The position numbers and the translations under genes are program-made. Under the pieces are notes generated by a model. That model was not told where the DNA came from and made no database searches. It worked only from the letters and a program-made list of their open reading frames with translations. From IMG/VR virus record IMGVR_UViG_3300042914_000316, positions 1 through 32,180 of that record: a stretch of DNA of 32,180 bases; one strand, 5' to 3'. Numbering within the stretch: position 1 is the stretch's first letter; every line of letters begins with the position of its first letter. Shown here piece after piece: positions 17,801 through 25,552 of the stretch. This DNA is from a virus (lineage: Duplodnaviria > Caudoviricetes).

Positions 17801-18333
17801 TCATGGGCTTTTTCCGTGGCTATAAAGACTACAAGGAAGGACATTACGACCGGGCGCTGGAGGCAGTGACTCCTGCTTTCATCAGAAACATTTTGAAAGC
17901 GCATCGGTTTGCTGCGGAAGGTTCAGAGAGTAGAAGCGGTGAAAAGATCTTCGACGACTTTAATAAGTACGAACTTGCAATGCAGACGCTTGGATTTACG
18001 CCAGTTGAAACCGCACGACGCTCTGAACTAGCCGGGGCATTAGCAAGTAGAATTAACAGCGTCAGCGATAGGAAGACAGCGCTTCTTAACAGGCTCTACT
18101 TGGCAAGGATCAACAAAGACAAGGAAGGCGAGAAGGAAGTTAGAGAAGACATCAAGCGCTTCAATCAGAACGAGTTTGTAAAGAAGACTCGTAATGTTAT
18201 TGGCTACGACGAAATGCAGGATTCGTTTAACAGGCGGCGTAACAACACCAAGAACTCTATCTACGGAATCAATGTGCCTGAAAAGGCTCGCCGTCAGTTA
18301 GAAAAAGAGTACAAATTAGAAGAAGATCGCTAG
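11884..18333 (+). CDS. Large polyvalent/ejection protein: zincin metallopeptidase + ADP-ribosyltransferase (ART-PolyVal-like) + PLxRFG-like C-terminal region
   Basis: HEVGH (14563-14577) with downstream EWFA (14794). ART-like FWDWFKGSKVVDEEGRPVIMYHGS...IFLS...YVNAKNPF...GHDGF...PNQVKSAIGNNGKF (about 15067-15600). YLPLYREGDY at 16210. Confidence 0.85.
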   Translation: MARNVTVFFADGSSHVYANVPDGVTPEQVNARAQSQFPDRQIRHMDGGRGKTVDAGITAAPAATPQDKREKAGLFGSFEESIQTLGLADEAAAYAANQTEENRRAFLKAAESKYKSSGGFGKGENWEAFKELLGSSLGQLVAPAVVATGASFATTPVGGAIAGAGTIASQYEIQALLRQAQEQEKAIAEGRKPEELSIAKATAAAAGQTALDVAGFKLFRETFRAFPFLRNLVSSEKEIAEEAARKLVDAAREGTLKSTARGTVQGVVGGVAFEVPQEVAQQALERWQAGLSLTDAEAKEEFKQAAIGAAVLGPVVGGPAGAISAKAERNKAQVLKAATDTAQTRLNEITSKVDPTTEERAEAEFIQTNLSNPLELAKKYKPAAPATSQEEATTKEKPVKPAVTEIKTAEDLLNSPPKVAAEDAPETIRNAPLNLNEDQVYEEIGKIEQEMEQLATLLFNPQQIQAQATAANTPVEAFTANLTKKYDDLATRLDVFDKNYMQRIDTTTSMPGAVPNVQMARTFTKQELDQAGVSLDVAKALNLDIVDTAPPAPPTPPPTPPTSSEAAPSGAEPTSQEVIEPVEPQPTGGGVAVPPSGSEPAGRVAEVPADEGVVSAAPTPSDVVSGEGAVQPALEDERIKRVQAAQPALGEPALRDVDAEIAELGRVEQERKTKREEVKSFAIASARQAFDARGDYRDLQDSIDSNRENILDTLNEGVFGRDAVDFESDAFAAYDAEVARLRGSQETAAKTAPSQARRVSTDEKRVLAERIAQRIAPRGMVLNRSGPFATSKVVVSDAFNPRIEGLLKGLVRLVGLNNVNIILLSQGDLRTPGARTVTTDKYNLYGGFNVEKLIDGATNPAIDGEVAPFVNGKGYAIVINDRLPIQVLLETLSHEVGHIVESETFTNADEKTRNAVFDSWLSWVSKNEKESTAKLIRLTRAWGMSERGMGGLPETALLSEEDANYLKSFSEWFADNVAKWMTTSEKPLGVVEQFFSTLAKRIRKIVAYMTGNRPEFLPAEAVKNFLDGLTPLNENMTEPLIKEAIGVKGPRPIFPSIDGLKNFWDWFKGSKVVDEEGRPVIMYHGSPKVFSVFRPGRANAIFLSPDPYFAERFTLDAYDYDVGPMYAVYVNAKNPFDYDNWTQIAALEKELEAEFVKTGGVVGSTDWITMMSSIKEGDWRTIEKPMVQRAIRKLGHDGFYVMESLYSSELLERVEAKNLAVYEPNQVKSAIGNNGKFSEKSEDVRQSRRVLAQTINNVGNAVSNLPPFNKRIYDGVRSVLDSTRITDSMRSAFYMFISLPQQVEIFVKELPTLKNLLNVLNVRASSLKDRKEVLDRDVRKWNDSIKDNIQYKDEFYEVAHESTRLIGPDGKQGIQFNNPLHANHPLTQRFNKLPPALQKVYWEMLASYRKMSDEYLALLSKNLSPREAKRLQREMATKRLRVYLPLYREGDYWLRYQDAKNDTVVQSFKSNYERELAWKEALANGAQPNSDQTYSKIEDFFEGKGPGTFFNRVLEDLNKRDVSSAVKRSLYELYLDQIPASSVRQLYRKRDGYKGYESDLMNVYATVATRMANQLTNLEYIPEIDSVFDEVKQEANKYAASGQSKNRSVPLLVENLNKQMEYLRDPGNGRLVNALSSFSYYWYIIGNVSTAIINTTQLPMVVYPMLAGKYGVDKTSAAMADATKQYFKGGFDNDNIPGGYKKFPADFSFGVGVPPNSPLGKLYKAAIRQSAIRRSTGYDLVEGRKKTYGKGDYIGLMTKMEQILGWTFQNSERFNREVTLVAAFNLEMEKNGGDVDGAIKAALDLVNLTHGTVLAETSPRVFQTGFGKVAFTFKNFAQTQIYLQAKLLREATRGETPEVKQLAAKQMIGIMTMAFVFAGIHGLPFYSAGTLLVDLLADLFGDEDDPVKSNEIVRQSVGALAHKGVVNELFMVDVAARTGFNSLLWKDDDKRLEEVGPVLFAAEQVFGPSYAAFMGFFRGYKDYKEGHYDRALEAVTPAFIRNILKAHRFAAEGSESRSGEKIFDDFNKYELAMQTLGFTPVETARRSELAGALASRINSVSDRKTALLNRLYLARINKDKEGEKEVREDIKRFNQNEFVKKTRNVIGYDEMQDSFNRRRNNTKNSIYGINVPEKARRQLEKEYKLEEDR
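13589..13786 (+). CDS. Candidate overprinted 65-aa ORF in the +1 frame of the polyvalent gene
   Basis: GGAGG at 13575-13579, 9 nt before GTG; Leu/Gln/Glu-rich product; the host frame is low-complexity here. Confidence 0.4.
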   Translation: MEPNQHHRKLLSQLSLNQLEEALLCLHQDQNPQDELLKSLQMREWCLLHQLLVMLFLEKEQSSLH

Positions 18334-18537
18334 TTAATTGACACGCCAGACGCGCACGCCAAGGTGTCCATCCTTGGACGAGGCGTAAGCCTTTACCCTT
18401 ACTTGGGCAACCTTGGCGCGGCAATCTATAACATACAGCATTTCGGAGATCTTCAGAGTAGGGATAAAGAAACTATCCCCAACCGCCATGCCCTCAAATG
18501 GAAAGATCCATTCAGGTTCCATCACTCTTGTTGTCAT
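18334..18537 (-). CDS. Small conserved-looking phage protein, possibly DNA-binding
   Basis: FPFEGMAVGDSFFIP...GVRVWR pattern; last gene of the - strand block. Confidence 0.7.
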   Translation of the reverse strand: MTTRVMEPEWIFPFEGMAVGDSFFIPTLKISEMLYVIDCRAKVAQVRVKAYASSKDGHLGVRVWRVN

Positions 18538-21337
18538 CTAATAACTCTTTAGGGACATCGTACTGAAAGGCGTAGACATGAATAGGCGGGGTTGTCATAC
18601 CCGCTTTCCAGCCCGTTGATAGACGCATCTTTTTAGATTCTAACTTGACATCCGACTTCTCCAAGGCTTTCTCAAACTCACCGCTACCTACGCTCTTGCT
18701 GCCCAAGAACTGCTTAAACTTACTCTTAGAGATGTATTGAGTCGAATTTCCAATTTCCACACGGGCTACAAGTTCACCGTGCGGTTCGTTGACAAGTCGG
18801 CCTTCATCGAAGATCAACGTGCCTTTACGCCAATGGTCGTTAAGGAACTCACCAATCAAGCCTTCGTAATCCGTAACCCGGTTCTTCTGGGTGTTGTCTC
18901 TTACCTTAATTGTCTCAAGCATTACCCTGTCGAATATTCGCTCAATATCAAAACTAATGATGCCAAACTCGTTGGCAATTTCAGCCCCTGCAAAGATGGC
19001 GCTAAACGCGGTCTCGTAGAAACGGAAGGCAGCATTCGTACCCAACTTGGTAGTAGTGATGCGCTTGCTCCACTTGTCGATACGGGCGCGTATCTCAGTA
19101 TCTCCTAGACCGATTACCTTGCCGATGAAGTCTGGGCCAGCATGACCGTAGTTTCTGTGTAGGGGGTCGAAGATCTGTTTGCCAACTTCCATAGTAAGGA
19201 ACGATGGCTGCATGAGAACATACTCAAGCAATCGCATGATCTCGCCGCTGGCGTTAGCCTTCTTGTTAAAAATCAAATCATAGAGCGATACGTTCGACGA
19301 CATGAGGCATAGCATGGAGGCTATCTCTTGTTGCTCGCGCTCGGCGTTAACCGAACTCTGCATACGCATCTTGCCCTTACCTTGTGATACAAGGTGGATA
19401 AGTTTAGAAATCTGCTCGGGCGGCTTCTCCTGCACCTCATCCATACCCATGATGATGTTCTTGAGGGACATGGCGCGGCTATTGAAAGCGTTGTCCGTAG
19501 AATCGTAAACACTGAGCGGTTTCGGTGCGCCCCATACGGATAGCCCTGCATACAACGACCCCGACTTGGCAACGCCAGATGGCCCGGTAAAACAAAACGT
19601 CATGCCGTTTGTGGACGTATACCGCATCAACGGAGAGCCAAAAGACACAAACAGCCCGAAGGCTTGCATCTCTAACTCTGGCTGATTCAGTTGATTAACG
19701 CAGTCTTTCCACGTCTGGTAGTCACCCTTAACCCGCATCAACCTAGATATGTCACGTATTAACGGACTGGATGCCGCCCTGCGAGCCTCCCCGTCACCAA
19801 CAATTTCTGATTCGCCAATCAAGAATGTCTCGTTATCCGTCCACCCCATCTGGTGACAGATCTTGTCAGCAGAGTTTTGACTCTGTAAGTAATGTACCCA
19901 TTTAGTCATATATTCCACCAACTTAGGCCATAGACTCTGGTGCGGCGGGACAACCCCTGCCTTACCAATAATTTCTTTCATGCTGTCAACCGACTGGGCG
20001 TCACCAGTAGAGATGTACTTCTCTCGGACTTCGTGCGGGAGTTTGATTCGGATCAACAACAGTTCACCGTCTGATTCGCCGTACATTCTCTTGATAGGAA
20101 AGAACTCATTAGTCGATATCAGTACAGGTTCTGAATTAATTTTCTCCCCGTCATCGCCTATTTCGGCAGGGGGTATGAAGTAGATTCCTCCGGTTCGTCC
20201 TCGTATAAAGGGTAAGACCGCTTTAGGAAAAGGTGGAACTTCTTCGGGATTCTTCTCGATCCGAATTGCGTCCTCTTTACTAACCTCTTCGGTAGGCGCT
20301 GCAATAAACTTTCGTCCGATGGCGAGCGGGTTGGTAATTTGTCCTTTAAAGGGGCATCCGTCGCATCCACCGGGGTTGCGTTGTTCAAAGGTTCCGCAAC
20401 TGTGGGGCTTGCCGAAAGTTTCATTGGCTTTCCTAATTGTGGCTTCGTGGTTGTACCCGACATAATCTTCGGATAGCAGATGAATCGCTGTTTCCCAGTC
20501 CGTGCAGTGCCGGGCAATGGATAGTGCGGAATGCCACACTGGTTCTGGTAGGATCTTGGCGTCGAGTATGGCGTGTTTGATCTGGTTACAGCCATGTCCG
20601 TCAATGCTTTTCTCTGCAATGTCTTGAAACGTAGTCTCGTAATTGTCGAGCCGCGCTATCTTCTTAGTATCTTCGTCAAGTCCTTTAGGTATCAGGTCAA
20701 GAATTGATCCGGCAGAGTACAGCACTTCGCCTAAATAATCTTTAAAGGCAGCAAAGTCGTACTGGTAGATCTCTTCTGTAAGAAACTGCGTGGGGTTAGG
20801 TGGGTCAGTCTTGAAGTTAAGCGTCTCGGGGCAACGCATGATCCGTGTGACATCTGCTGTCACAACGGGGTCGATCTTCATGTTGTCAAGACATAACTGT
20901 TTGAATTTGTCAGCGTACGCCTTCCACTCGGCAATAGGCACAGCCTCTTCAAACGGCCAGTATGCGTGGATACCGTTACCCGAATCAATCACAACAGGCG
21001 GCGGTAGTTCCGTTACCTTTAAGAAATGATCCAGATCCTCGATAGCCTCGACTTTAGTCTTGTAGTGACCGGGCTTGTCGGGCTTTACGTCTAAGTCAAT
21101 AAAAAAGGAACGGCATGAAACAGCATACTCGCTCATGCGACTATGCCCACTAAAACTGCTTAAAGCGATAAATACATTCTTGCCTTCAGAGTTGATCTCT
21201 TCAACCAATCTCTCGACTTCATCAAGACTCTCTGCAAACCGATTGACTACCCGCTTGTCTTTGGAGATCTCGGTTACACAGTAGACGCCCTGCGAAGGTA
21301 ATACTTTCTCGTAAAATTGTTTTCGCATGAACATCAA
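18512..21337 (-). CDS. Primase-helicase: RepB/AEP-like primase N-terminus + DUF927/AAA+ helicase
   Basis: FFIDLD, VIDSGNGIHAYW and ADVTRIMRCP (primase); Cys cluster HSC...CDGCP; MGW motif, Walker A GPSGVAKS, Walker B MGMDE and SSN. The start may be ATG 21334 or 21328. Confidence 0.85.
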   Translation of the reverse strand: MMFMRKQFYEKVLPSQGVYCVTEISKDKRVVNRFAESLDEVERLVEEINSEGKNVFIALSSFSGHSRMSEYAVSCRSFFIDLDVKPDKPGHYKTKVEAIEDLDHFLKVTELPPPVVIDSGNGIHAYWPFEEAVPIAEWKAYADKFKQLCLDNMKIDPVVTADVTRIMRCPETLNFKTDPPNPTQFLTEEIYQYDFAAFKDYLGEVLYSAGSILDLIPKGLDEDTKKIARLDNYETTFQDIAEKSIDGHGCNQIKHAILDAKILPEPVWHSALSIARHCTDWETAIHLLSEDYVGYNHEATIRKANETFGKPHSCGTFEQRNPGGCDGCPFKGQITNPLAIGRKFIAAPTEEVSKEDAIRIEKNPEEVPPFPKAVLPFIRGRTGGIYFIPPAEIGDDGEKINSEPVLISTNEFFPIKRMYGESDGELLLIRIKLPHEVREKYISTGDAQSVDSMKEIIGKAGVVPPHQSLWPKLVEYMTKWVHYLQSQNSADKICHQMGWTDNETFLIGESEIVGDGEARRAASSPLIRDISRLMRVKGDYQTWKDCVNQLNQPELEMQAFGLFVSFGSPLMRYTSTNGMTFCFTGPSGVAKSGSLYAGLSVWGAPKPLSVYDSTDNAFNSRAMSLKNIIMGMDEVQEKPPEQISKLIHLVSQGKGKMRMQSSVNAEREQQEIASMLCLMSSNVSLYDLIFNKKANASGEIMRLLEYVLMQPSFLTMEVGKQIFDPLHRNYGHAGPDFIGKVIGLGDTEIRARIDKWSKRITTTKLGTNAAFRFYETAFSAIFAGAEIANEFGIISFDIERIFDRVMLETIKVRDNTQKNRVTDYEGLIGEFLNDHWRKGTLIFDEGRLVNEPHGELVARVEIGNSTQYISKSKFKQFLGSKSVGSGEFEKALEKSDVKLESKKMRLSTGWKAGMTTPPIHVYAFQYDVPKELLDDNKSDGT

Positions 21338-21344
21338 CCCACTT

Positions 21345-21376
21345 AAATAAAAAATGCGGGGCGACGGCCACCCCGC
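21345..21376 (-). terminator. Intrinsic terminator between HTH gene and primase-helicase
   Basis: The - strand reads GCGGGGTG-GCCGT-CGCCCCGC (8 bp with one G-U) followed by ATTTTTTATTT. Confidence 0.75.
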
Positions 21377-21394
21377 TACTAACCCGAGGGGGGC

Positions 21395-21706
21395 TTAAAT
21401 CTTTTGGCCTAACATTCCCTCCACGTAAGTCTTAGCCTTCTTGAGGTTGGATGCGGGGAGTATCCCGTTCCTCATGTCTTGTTCGACAAGATACATAAAG
21501 GCTTCTACGATCTTACGTTTGTGTTCGTGCATGACCCGACCACGGAACCACGAATGTACTGTGTTGCGTGACACTTCAAGAGCCGGGGCGACGTACGCTA
21601 CGGGGAGGTTAGCCTCAACACATAAACGTGCAAGCCTGATCCCAAGCAACGACGGGTCTGCTTGTTGTAGTTGAATCAACAACTTGTCGCTGTATGTGCG
21701 AGGCAT
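21395..21706 (-). CDS. XRE/Cro-like helix-turn-helix protein
   Basis: VAYVAPALEVSRNTVHSWFRG. Confidence 0.75.
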   Translation of the reverse strand: MPRTYSDKLLIQLQQADPSLLGIRLARLCVEANLPVAYVAPALEVSRNTVHSWFRGRVMHEHKRKIVEAFMYLVEQDMRNGILPASNLKKAKTYVEGMLGQKI

Positions 21707-21709
21707 TGA

Positions 21710-22555
21710 TTAACCCTTCTTAGACCATTTCTTGATAACGTCAGAGACATCAGCAGCAGGTGCGGCTTCAGTCTTTTTTGTCTCACGCACAACCGGTTCG
21801 TCAGCAACAGGTGCAGCGACGGTCGCCTCTTCACCTTCATCCTGCTGATACACCGTCAACTTAACTGCGTTTTCAGCAGCCTTCGATTCTTTCTGCGTCT
21901 GTACAATCTTCACGTCATCTTCAGACACGACGCCAATAGGTGAGAACAGCAACTTCGGTACAGGCGACTTAGTGTCGAACTGCATCTTGGTCACGACGCG
22001 CCCTGCTGAGATGTTGTTGTTAGCAAGCATCTGAATGTACGGACGGAACGGGTACTTGCCACCCTCTTCCTTACCAAAGCACGACGTTGCTGGCAGAACC
22101 AACTGCATAACATCACCACCGGGATCTTGCGGCAGAACTACCGCAGTACGCCACGACAGACGACACGCTGCTCCGCTTCCGCCCTGCCCAGATCCTTTAA
22201 CAGACCACTGACACTTATCGCAGGCGGTGGCTTGCGGATTCTTGACCTCAACATCGGGAGTCTTGGAATCAGATGACCAACACACAGGAGCGATCTTCTC
22301 GCCTTCCTTGTACGCGCCAGTGTAGTAGGTGCGGCTTGCGTTGTGGGCCATCTTCACAAAGATGACGTTCATGTACCGGTCTTCAATAGACCCAATCTCC
22401 TTACCACCGGCCATCTTGCGAAACACGCCGCCCTTGATGCTGATACGCTTGGAAGTATTACCGCCGCCACCAGCAACGGCACGTGTATCGTCATCGACGC
22501 CGCCCGAAATCTGGGCAAGTTCACTCTTCAAACTAGCAATAATATCGTTACTCAT
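21710..22555 (-). CDS. Probable single-stranded DNA-binding protein with Cys4 metal site
   Basis: Beta-rich core (RISIKGGVFR; VVTKMQFD...PKLLF), C...CDKC...ACR and an acidic Ala-rich tail; located in the replication module. Confidence 0.6.
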   Translation of the reverse strand: MSNDIIASLKSELAQISGGVDDDTRAVAGGGGNTSKRISIKGGVFRKMAGGKEIGSIEDRYMNVIFVKMAHNASRTYYTGAYKEGEKIAPVCWSSDSKTPDVEVKNPQATACDKCQWSVKGSGQGGSGAACRLSWRTAVVLPQDPGGDVMQLVLPATSCFGKEEGGKYPFRPYIQMLANNNISAGRVVTKMQFDTKSPVPKLLFSPIGVVSEDDVKIVQTQKESKAAENAVKLTVYQQDEGEEATVAAPVADEPVVRETKKTEAAPAADVSDVIKKWSKKG

Positions 22556-22561
22556 AAGTCC

Positions 22562-22966
22562 TCACTGATTGGCTTTACGTACTGAAACGCCGTACTCACG
22601 CATCACATTCACGCCGGGAGGCAGCCCGTCGCTATCGTGGTCTTTTATAAACTCCTTAAAGTTACTCTGATGGATGCGCCGCTCGAGTAACTGAACTGCC
22701 TCGTTGTCGAGAACAAACTTGTAGAAGTTCTCCCAATCTTGGCAGAAGAAACGCTCATTCAACTTCCGCATAACTGTGCCGTGCTTGGTCTTGATGCTAT
22801 CTGCATTGACTGCGTTACACATCTCAAGCATCACGGCTTCCAACTTCGCCATATCTTCTTTCAGCGCGTTGTCCTCGGCTTCGTACTCACGAGCCAACCT
22901 CTCACGCTGCGAGCGTATTAGTAAATACGCTTCGACTAGTTCATCTGTGTTACCCACGTTACTCAT
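22562..22966 (-). CDS. Conserved replication-module protein (coiled coil + SIKTKHGTV...DW..FY motif)
   Basis: SD GGA upstream; coupled to neighbours; C-terminal LPPGVNV motif typical of this phage family. Confidence 0.7.
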   Translation of the reverse strand: MSNVGNTDELVEAYLLIRSQRERLAREYEAEDNALKEDMAKLEAVMLEMCNAVNADSIKTKHGTVMRKLNERFFCQDWENFYKFVLDNEAVQLLERRIHQSNFKEFIKDHDSDGLPPGVNVMREYGVSVRKANQ

Positions 22967-23313
22967 TTTAATTTCCTATACATGATCATACGGCGAGCAT
23001 GAGCCTTGGGGTCTTTACCGGCTGACAGGCCGTACACCTCTATCTCACCAGACTTGAGCCAACTACGCACTCTACCGCCTATAACTGCACTCCACGCATT
23101 GTGGTGATGAGGAGCCTCCATACCGTTCTTCTCAAGATGAAGTCGTATATCTTCTCCAACAAAGTAGGTATTGACAGGTTGGGCTTCAAACCAATCGTCT
23201 ATCCCGCCTTTAGCCACCTCTTTCCACAAACCTGAATTGTCTTCAACTAACGCCATACCCTCATCTCTAAAGATACGTCCTAACATACCGTCATATTTTT
23301 CACTACTCATCAT
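22963..23313 (-). CDS. Hypothetical protein, possibly winged-helix DNA-binding
   Basis: SD GGAGG; RDEGM, EDIR, PHHHNAWSA and AHARR motifs; overlaps both neighbours. Confidence 0.65.
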   Translation of the reverse strand: MMSSEKYDGMLGRIFRDEGMALVEDNSGLWKEVAKGGIDDWFEAQPVNTYFVGEDIRLHLEKNGMEAPHHHNAWSAVIGGRVRSWLKSGEIEVYGLSAGKDPKAHARRMIMYRKLK

Positions 23314-24898
23314 TAATTTCCTCCAACTCCTGCTTGTACAGGTCTACTAACTTTTGATGGTGTGTAACTTTACCTTGCAGCATTGCGTACATCTTCTTCT
23401 CAACTTCAGATCCACGCAGATGCACTACTGACATTTTGTTTACTTGGCCGACTCTTTCAATACGCGCAATACACTGTAGATACGTTTCAACTGACATCAC
23501 TGGAGACCAGAACACCACCGTGTCAGCAGCCGTCAAAGTAATTCCATGCGCTGCCGATTGCGGTTGAATGATCAAGACTCTTGGATCTGTACTTGTTTGA
23601 AAACGTCCAATGATTGCAGAGCGTTCTCTTGCAGCAACTGACCCTTGGATGGTCTCGTTCGTCACCCCTTCTTTAGTTAGGTACTCTCCAACTATATCGA
23701 TAGAATGCAGGAAGGGAACGAATACTACAACCTTGTTTGTAGTTTCTTCAAGCACTTCTTTGAGGGCGTTGAGGCGGGGCGAGATGTCAAACTGCACAAC
23801 GTCATGCTTGTCTGTGTACACCGCACCTGCTGAAATCTGTAAAAGTTTATTGAGTGATGCTGCTGCGTTTACAGCAGTGATCTGTTCTCCGGCTGCTTCT
23901 ATCAGTAATTGCTTTTTTAATTCGTTGTAATACTTCTGAACTTGTGGCGTGAGCGGCACATCTCGTGTTTGATAAACAACATCGGGTAGATCCAGACATT
24001 CTTTCTTTGTATAGCGAATAGCCGGTTGCAGTGCACGAAACACTTGATCAGTAGCGTCGTGCTTTGGCACCCACTTGAATTTACTTATTGGTGCCATCAC
24101 TCGATCACGCCAAGCCGTTGAAAACTTTGGAACTCTGATTGGAGATATCAGCCTAGCAAGACCGAATGCGTCTACCGGAGATTGGGCGGCGGGTGTGCCG
24201 GTCATCATCCACAACCATGTCGTAGGCTCAATCAGTTTGGCAAGAATCTTCCACCGCTTTGTGTTCGGACTCTTGTAAGCGTTGGCCTCGTCTACAATGA
24301 TAAGGTCAAACTTCGCTTGTTGAAGTTCTTGTAGAACTACCCCTGTGCCGTCGTAATTAATCACCGTGAAGTCGTAGTTTTCGCTAATTACTTTCTTACG
24401 CTTTACAGATGATCCGTGTGCGACACCACACGTACGGTGAATAGCCGTTTTCATTATGTCGGCTTGCCATGCGGAGTACATGATAGAGAGTGGGCAGATG
24501 ATCAGCACTTTCTTGATCACGCCTTGATTCATCAGATAGTCAGCAGCCCAGACAGCCGCTGAAGTCTTGCCGGTTCCTGCTTCGTTAAAACAGAACGCCC
24601 GTTGTCTGATGCTTAAGAAATACGCCGTATCACGCTGGTGATCGAACGGCTTATAGAACCCCGGCCACGTGTAATCACGCTGCATGGGTGAGGGTATTTT
24701 TGGGATATTTTGACTTGGAAGAAAGTTGTCCAAGTAAGTAGCGAGAGTCTTCATCTCGCCGTGATCCCAACAGATTAATAATTCTTTACTATGTCTGTTG
24801 TCTTGTACTATTTCACTACGTTCTAAGCGCGTAGTGATTTCAGAAGCGAACGAATTTGATGCGGTGAATTTCACCGCTGCGTTATCAACTATTTCCAT
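23303..24898 (-). CDS. SNF2-family (SF2) helicase
   Basis: Q motif PFDHQ, motif I EAGTGKT, Ia IICPLS, II IIVDEAN, III MTGTP, V HGITLT, VI QCIARIER. Confidence 0.93.
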   Translation of the reverse strand: MEIVDNAAVKFTASNSFASEITTRLERSEIVQDNRHSKELLICWDHGEMKTLATYLDNFLPSQNIPKIPSPMQRDYTWPGFYKPFDHQRDTAYFLSIRQRAFCFNEAGTGKTSAAVWAADYLMNQGVIKKVLIICPLSIMYSAWQADIMKTAIHRTCGVAHGSSVKRKKVISENYDFTVINYDGTGVVLQELQQAKFDLIIVDEANAYKSPNTKRWKILAKLIEPTTWLWMMTGTPAAQSPVDAFGLARLISPIRVPKFSTAWRDRVMAPISKFKWVPKHDATDQVFRALQPAIRYTKKECLDLPDVVYQTRDVPLTPQVQKYYNELKKQLLIEAAGEQITAVNAAASLNKLLQISAGAVYTDKHDVVQFDISPRLNALKEVLEETTNKVVVFVPFLHSIDIVGEYLTKEGVTNETIQGSVAARERSAIIGRFQTSTDPRVLIIQPQSAAHGITLTAADTVVFWSPVMSVETYLQCIARIERVGQVNKMSVVHLRGSEVEKKMYAMLQGKVTHHQKLVDLYKQELEEINDE

Positions 24899-24919
24899 AC
24901 TATACCTACTAAGTTAAAA

Positions 24920-25038
24920 GCCCGTAACGTGGGCCAGACGGTTGACGCCTAGGGGGGTTTGGTAGCAAATGCCTATCGTCAACTGACGCTGTTGTTAAGA
25001 GGGGAAGTGGGTGGGAACCCTCAAGCACACTCGCGTCT
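24920..25038. other. Candidate structured non-coding element (three hairpins)
   Basis: Inverted repeats GCCC/GGGC, GTTGACG/CGTCAAC, TAGG/CCTA, TTTG/CAAA, GACGC/GCGTC and GAGGG/CCCTC in the longest intergenic gap of the window. Confidence 0.5.
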
Positions 25039-25044
25039 AGTGCC

Positions 25045-25299
25045 TCATTTCATCGCCCCGCTTGAAGTCCTGCGGAACGACCGATTCTTAGATGGAGACT
25101 GTAGCCGAGTTCCGTCACCATTGCTACCTCCTTTTGAAAGAGCCTTTACATGAGCAATGTCTTTACCCTTTCGGCTAATACCTTTCTTATCGTAGGATCT
25201 ACGCGCCCGCTGGCGCTCCATTCGATTTTCGTGTTCGTCTCTTTTGACCTGCTGATCGTACTCTTTTTTGTACGGACGGCTTTTGTTCACGTACGGCAT
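25045..25299 (-). CDS. Small HNH-like endonuclease
   Basis: SD GGAG 7 nt upstream; RPYKKEY...RARR...GKDIAHVKALSKGGSN...SKNRS. Confidence 0.8.
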   Translation of the reverse strand: MPYVNKSRPYKKEYDQQVKRDEHENRMERQRARRSYDKKGISRKGKDIAHVKALSKGGSNGDGTRLQSPSKNRSFRRTSSGAMK

Positions 25300-25549
25300 C
25301 GTAGTTCTCCATCAAGTTTGCTGTTTGATCTAGTACATCTTTAATGTACTCGTGAAACTTAAAGTTAGCATTAAACCTGTCGGCAAGTTTGTTGTACACG
25401 GTCATGAGTTTTTTGCATCGGCCCACCTCGTATGCACGGGCTGCACTAAAATGCGCCACTTTTTCTTCTAAATTCTTTATCTCACGACGCTTCTTTGCGA
25501 GTAACAGTTGAAGTTCCGCTATCTCAATATCCTTGTCATCCTCAATCAT
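25199..25549 (-). CDS. Hypothetical coiled-coil protein
   Basis: SD GAGG; starts 4 nt after the nuclease stop; its 3' end overlaps the HNH gene by 101 nt. Confidence 0.6.
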   Translation of the reverse strand: MIEDDKDIEIAELQLLLAKKRREIKNLEEKVAHFSAARAYEVGRCKKLMTVYNKLADRFNANFKFHEYIKDVLDQTANLMENYDAVREQKPSVQKRVRSAGQKRRTRKSNGAPAGA

Positions 25550-25552
25550 CTG

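Noticed and set aside
24959-25153. 64-aa + strand ORF across the intergenic element
   Set aside because: TTG start, antisense to the HNH gene and no recognisable features; the inverted repeats explain the region better.
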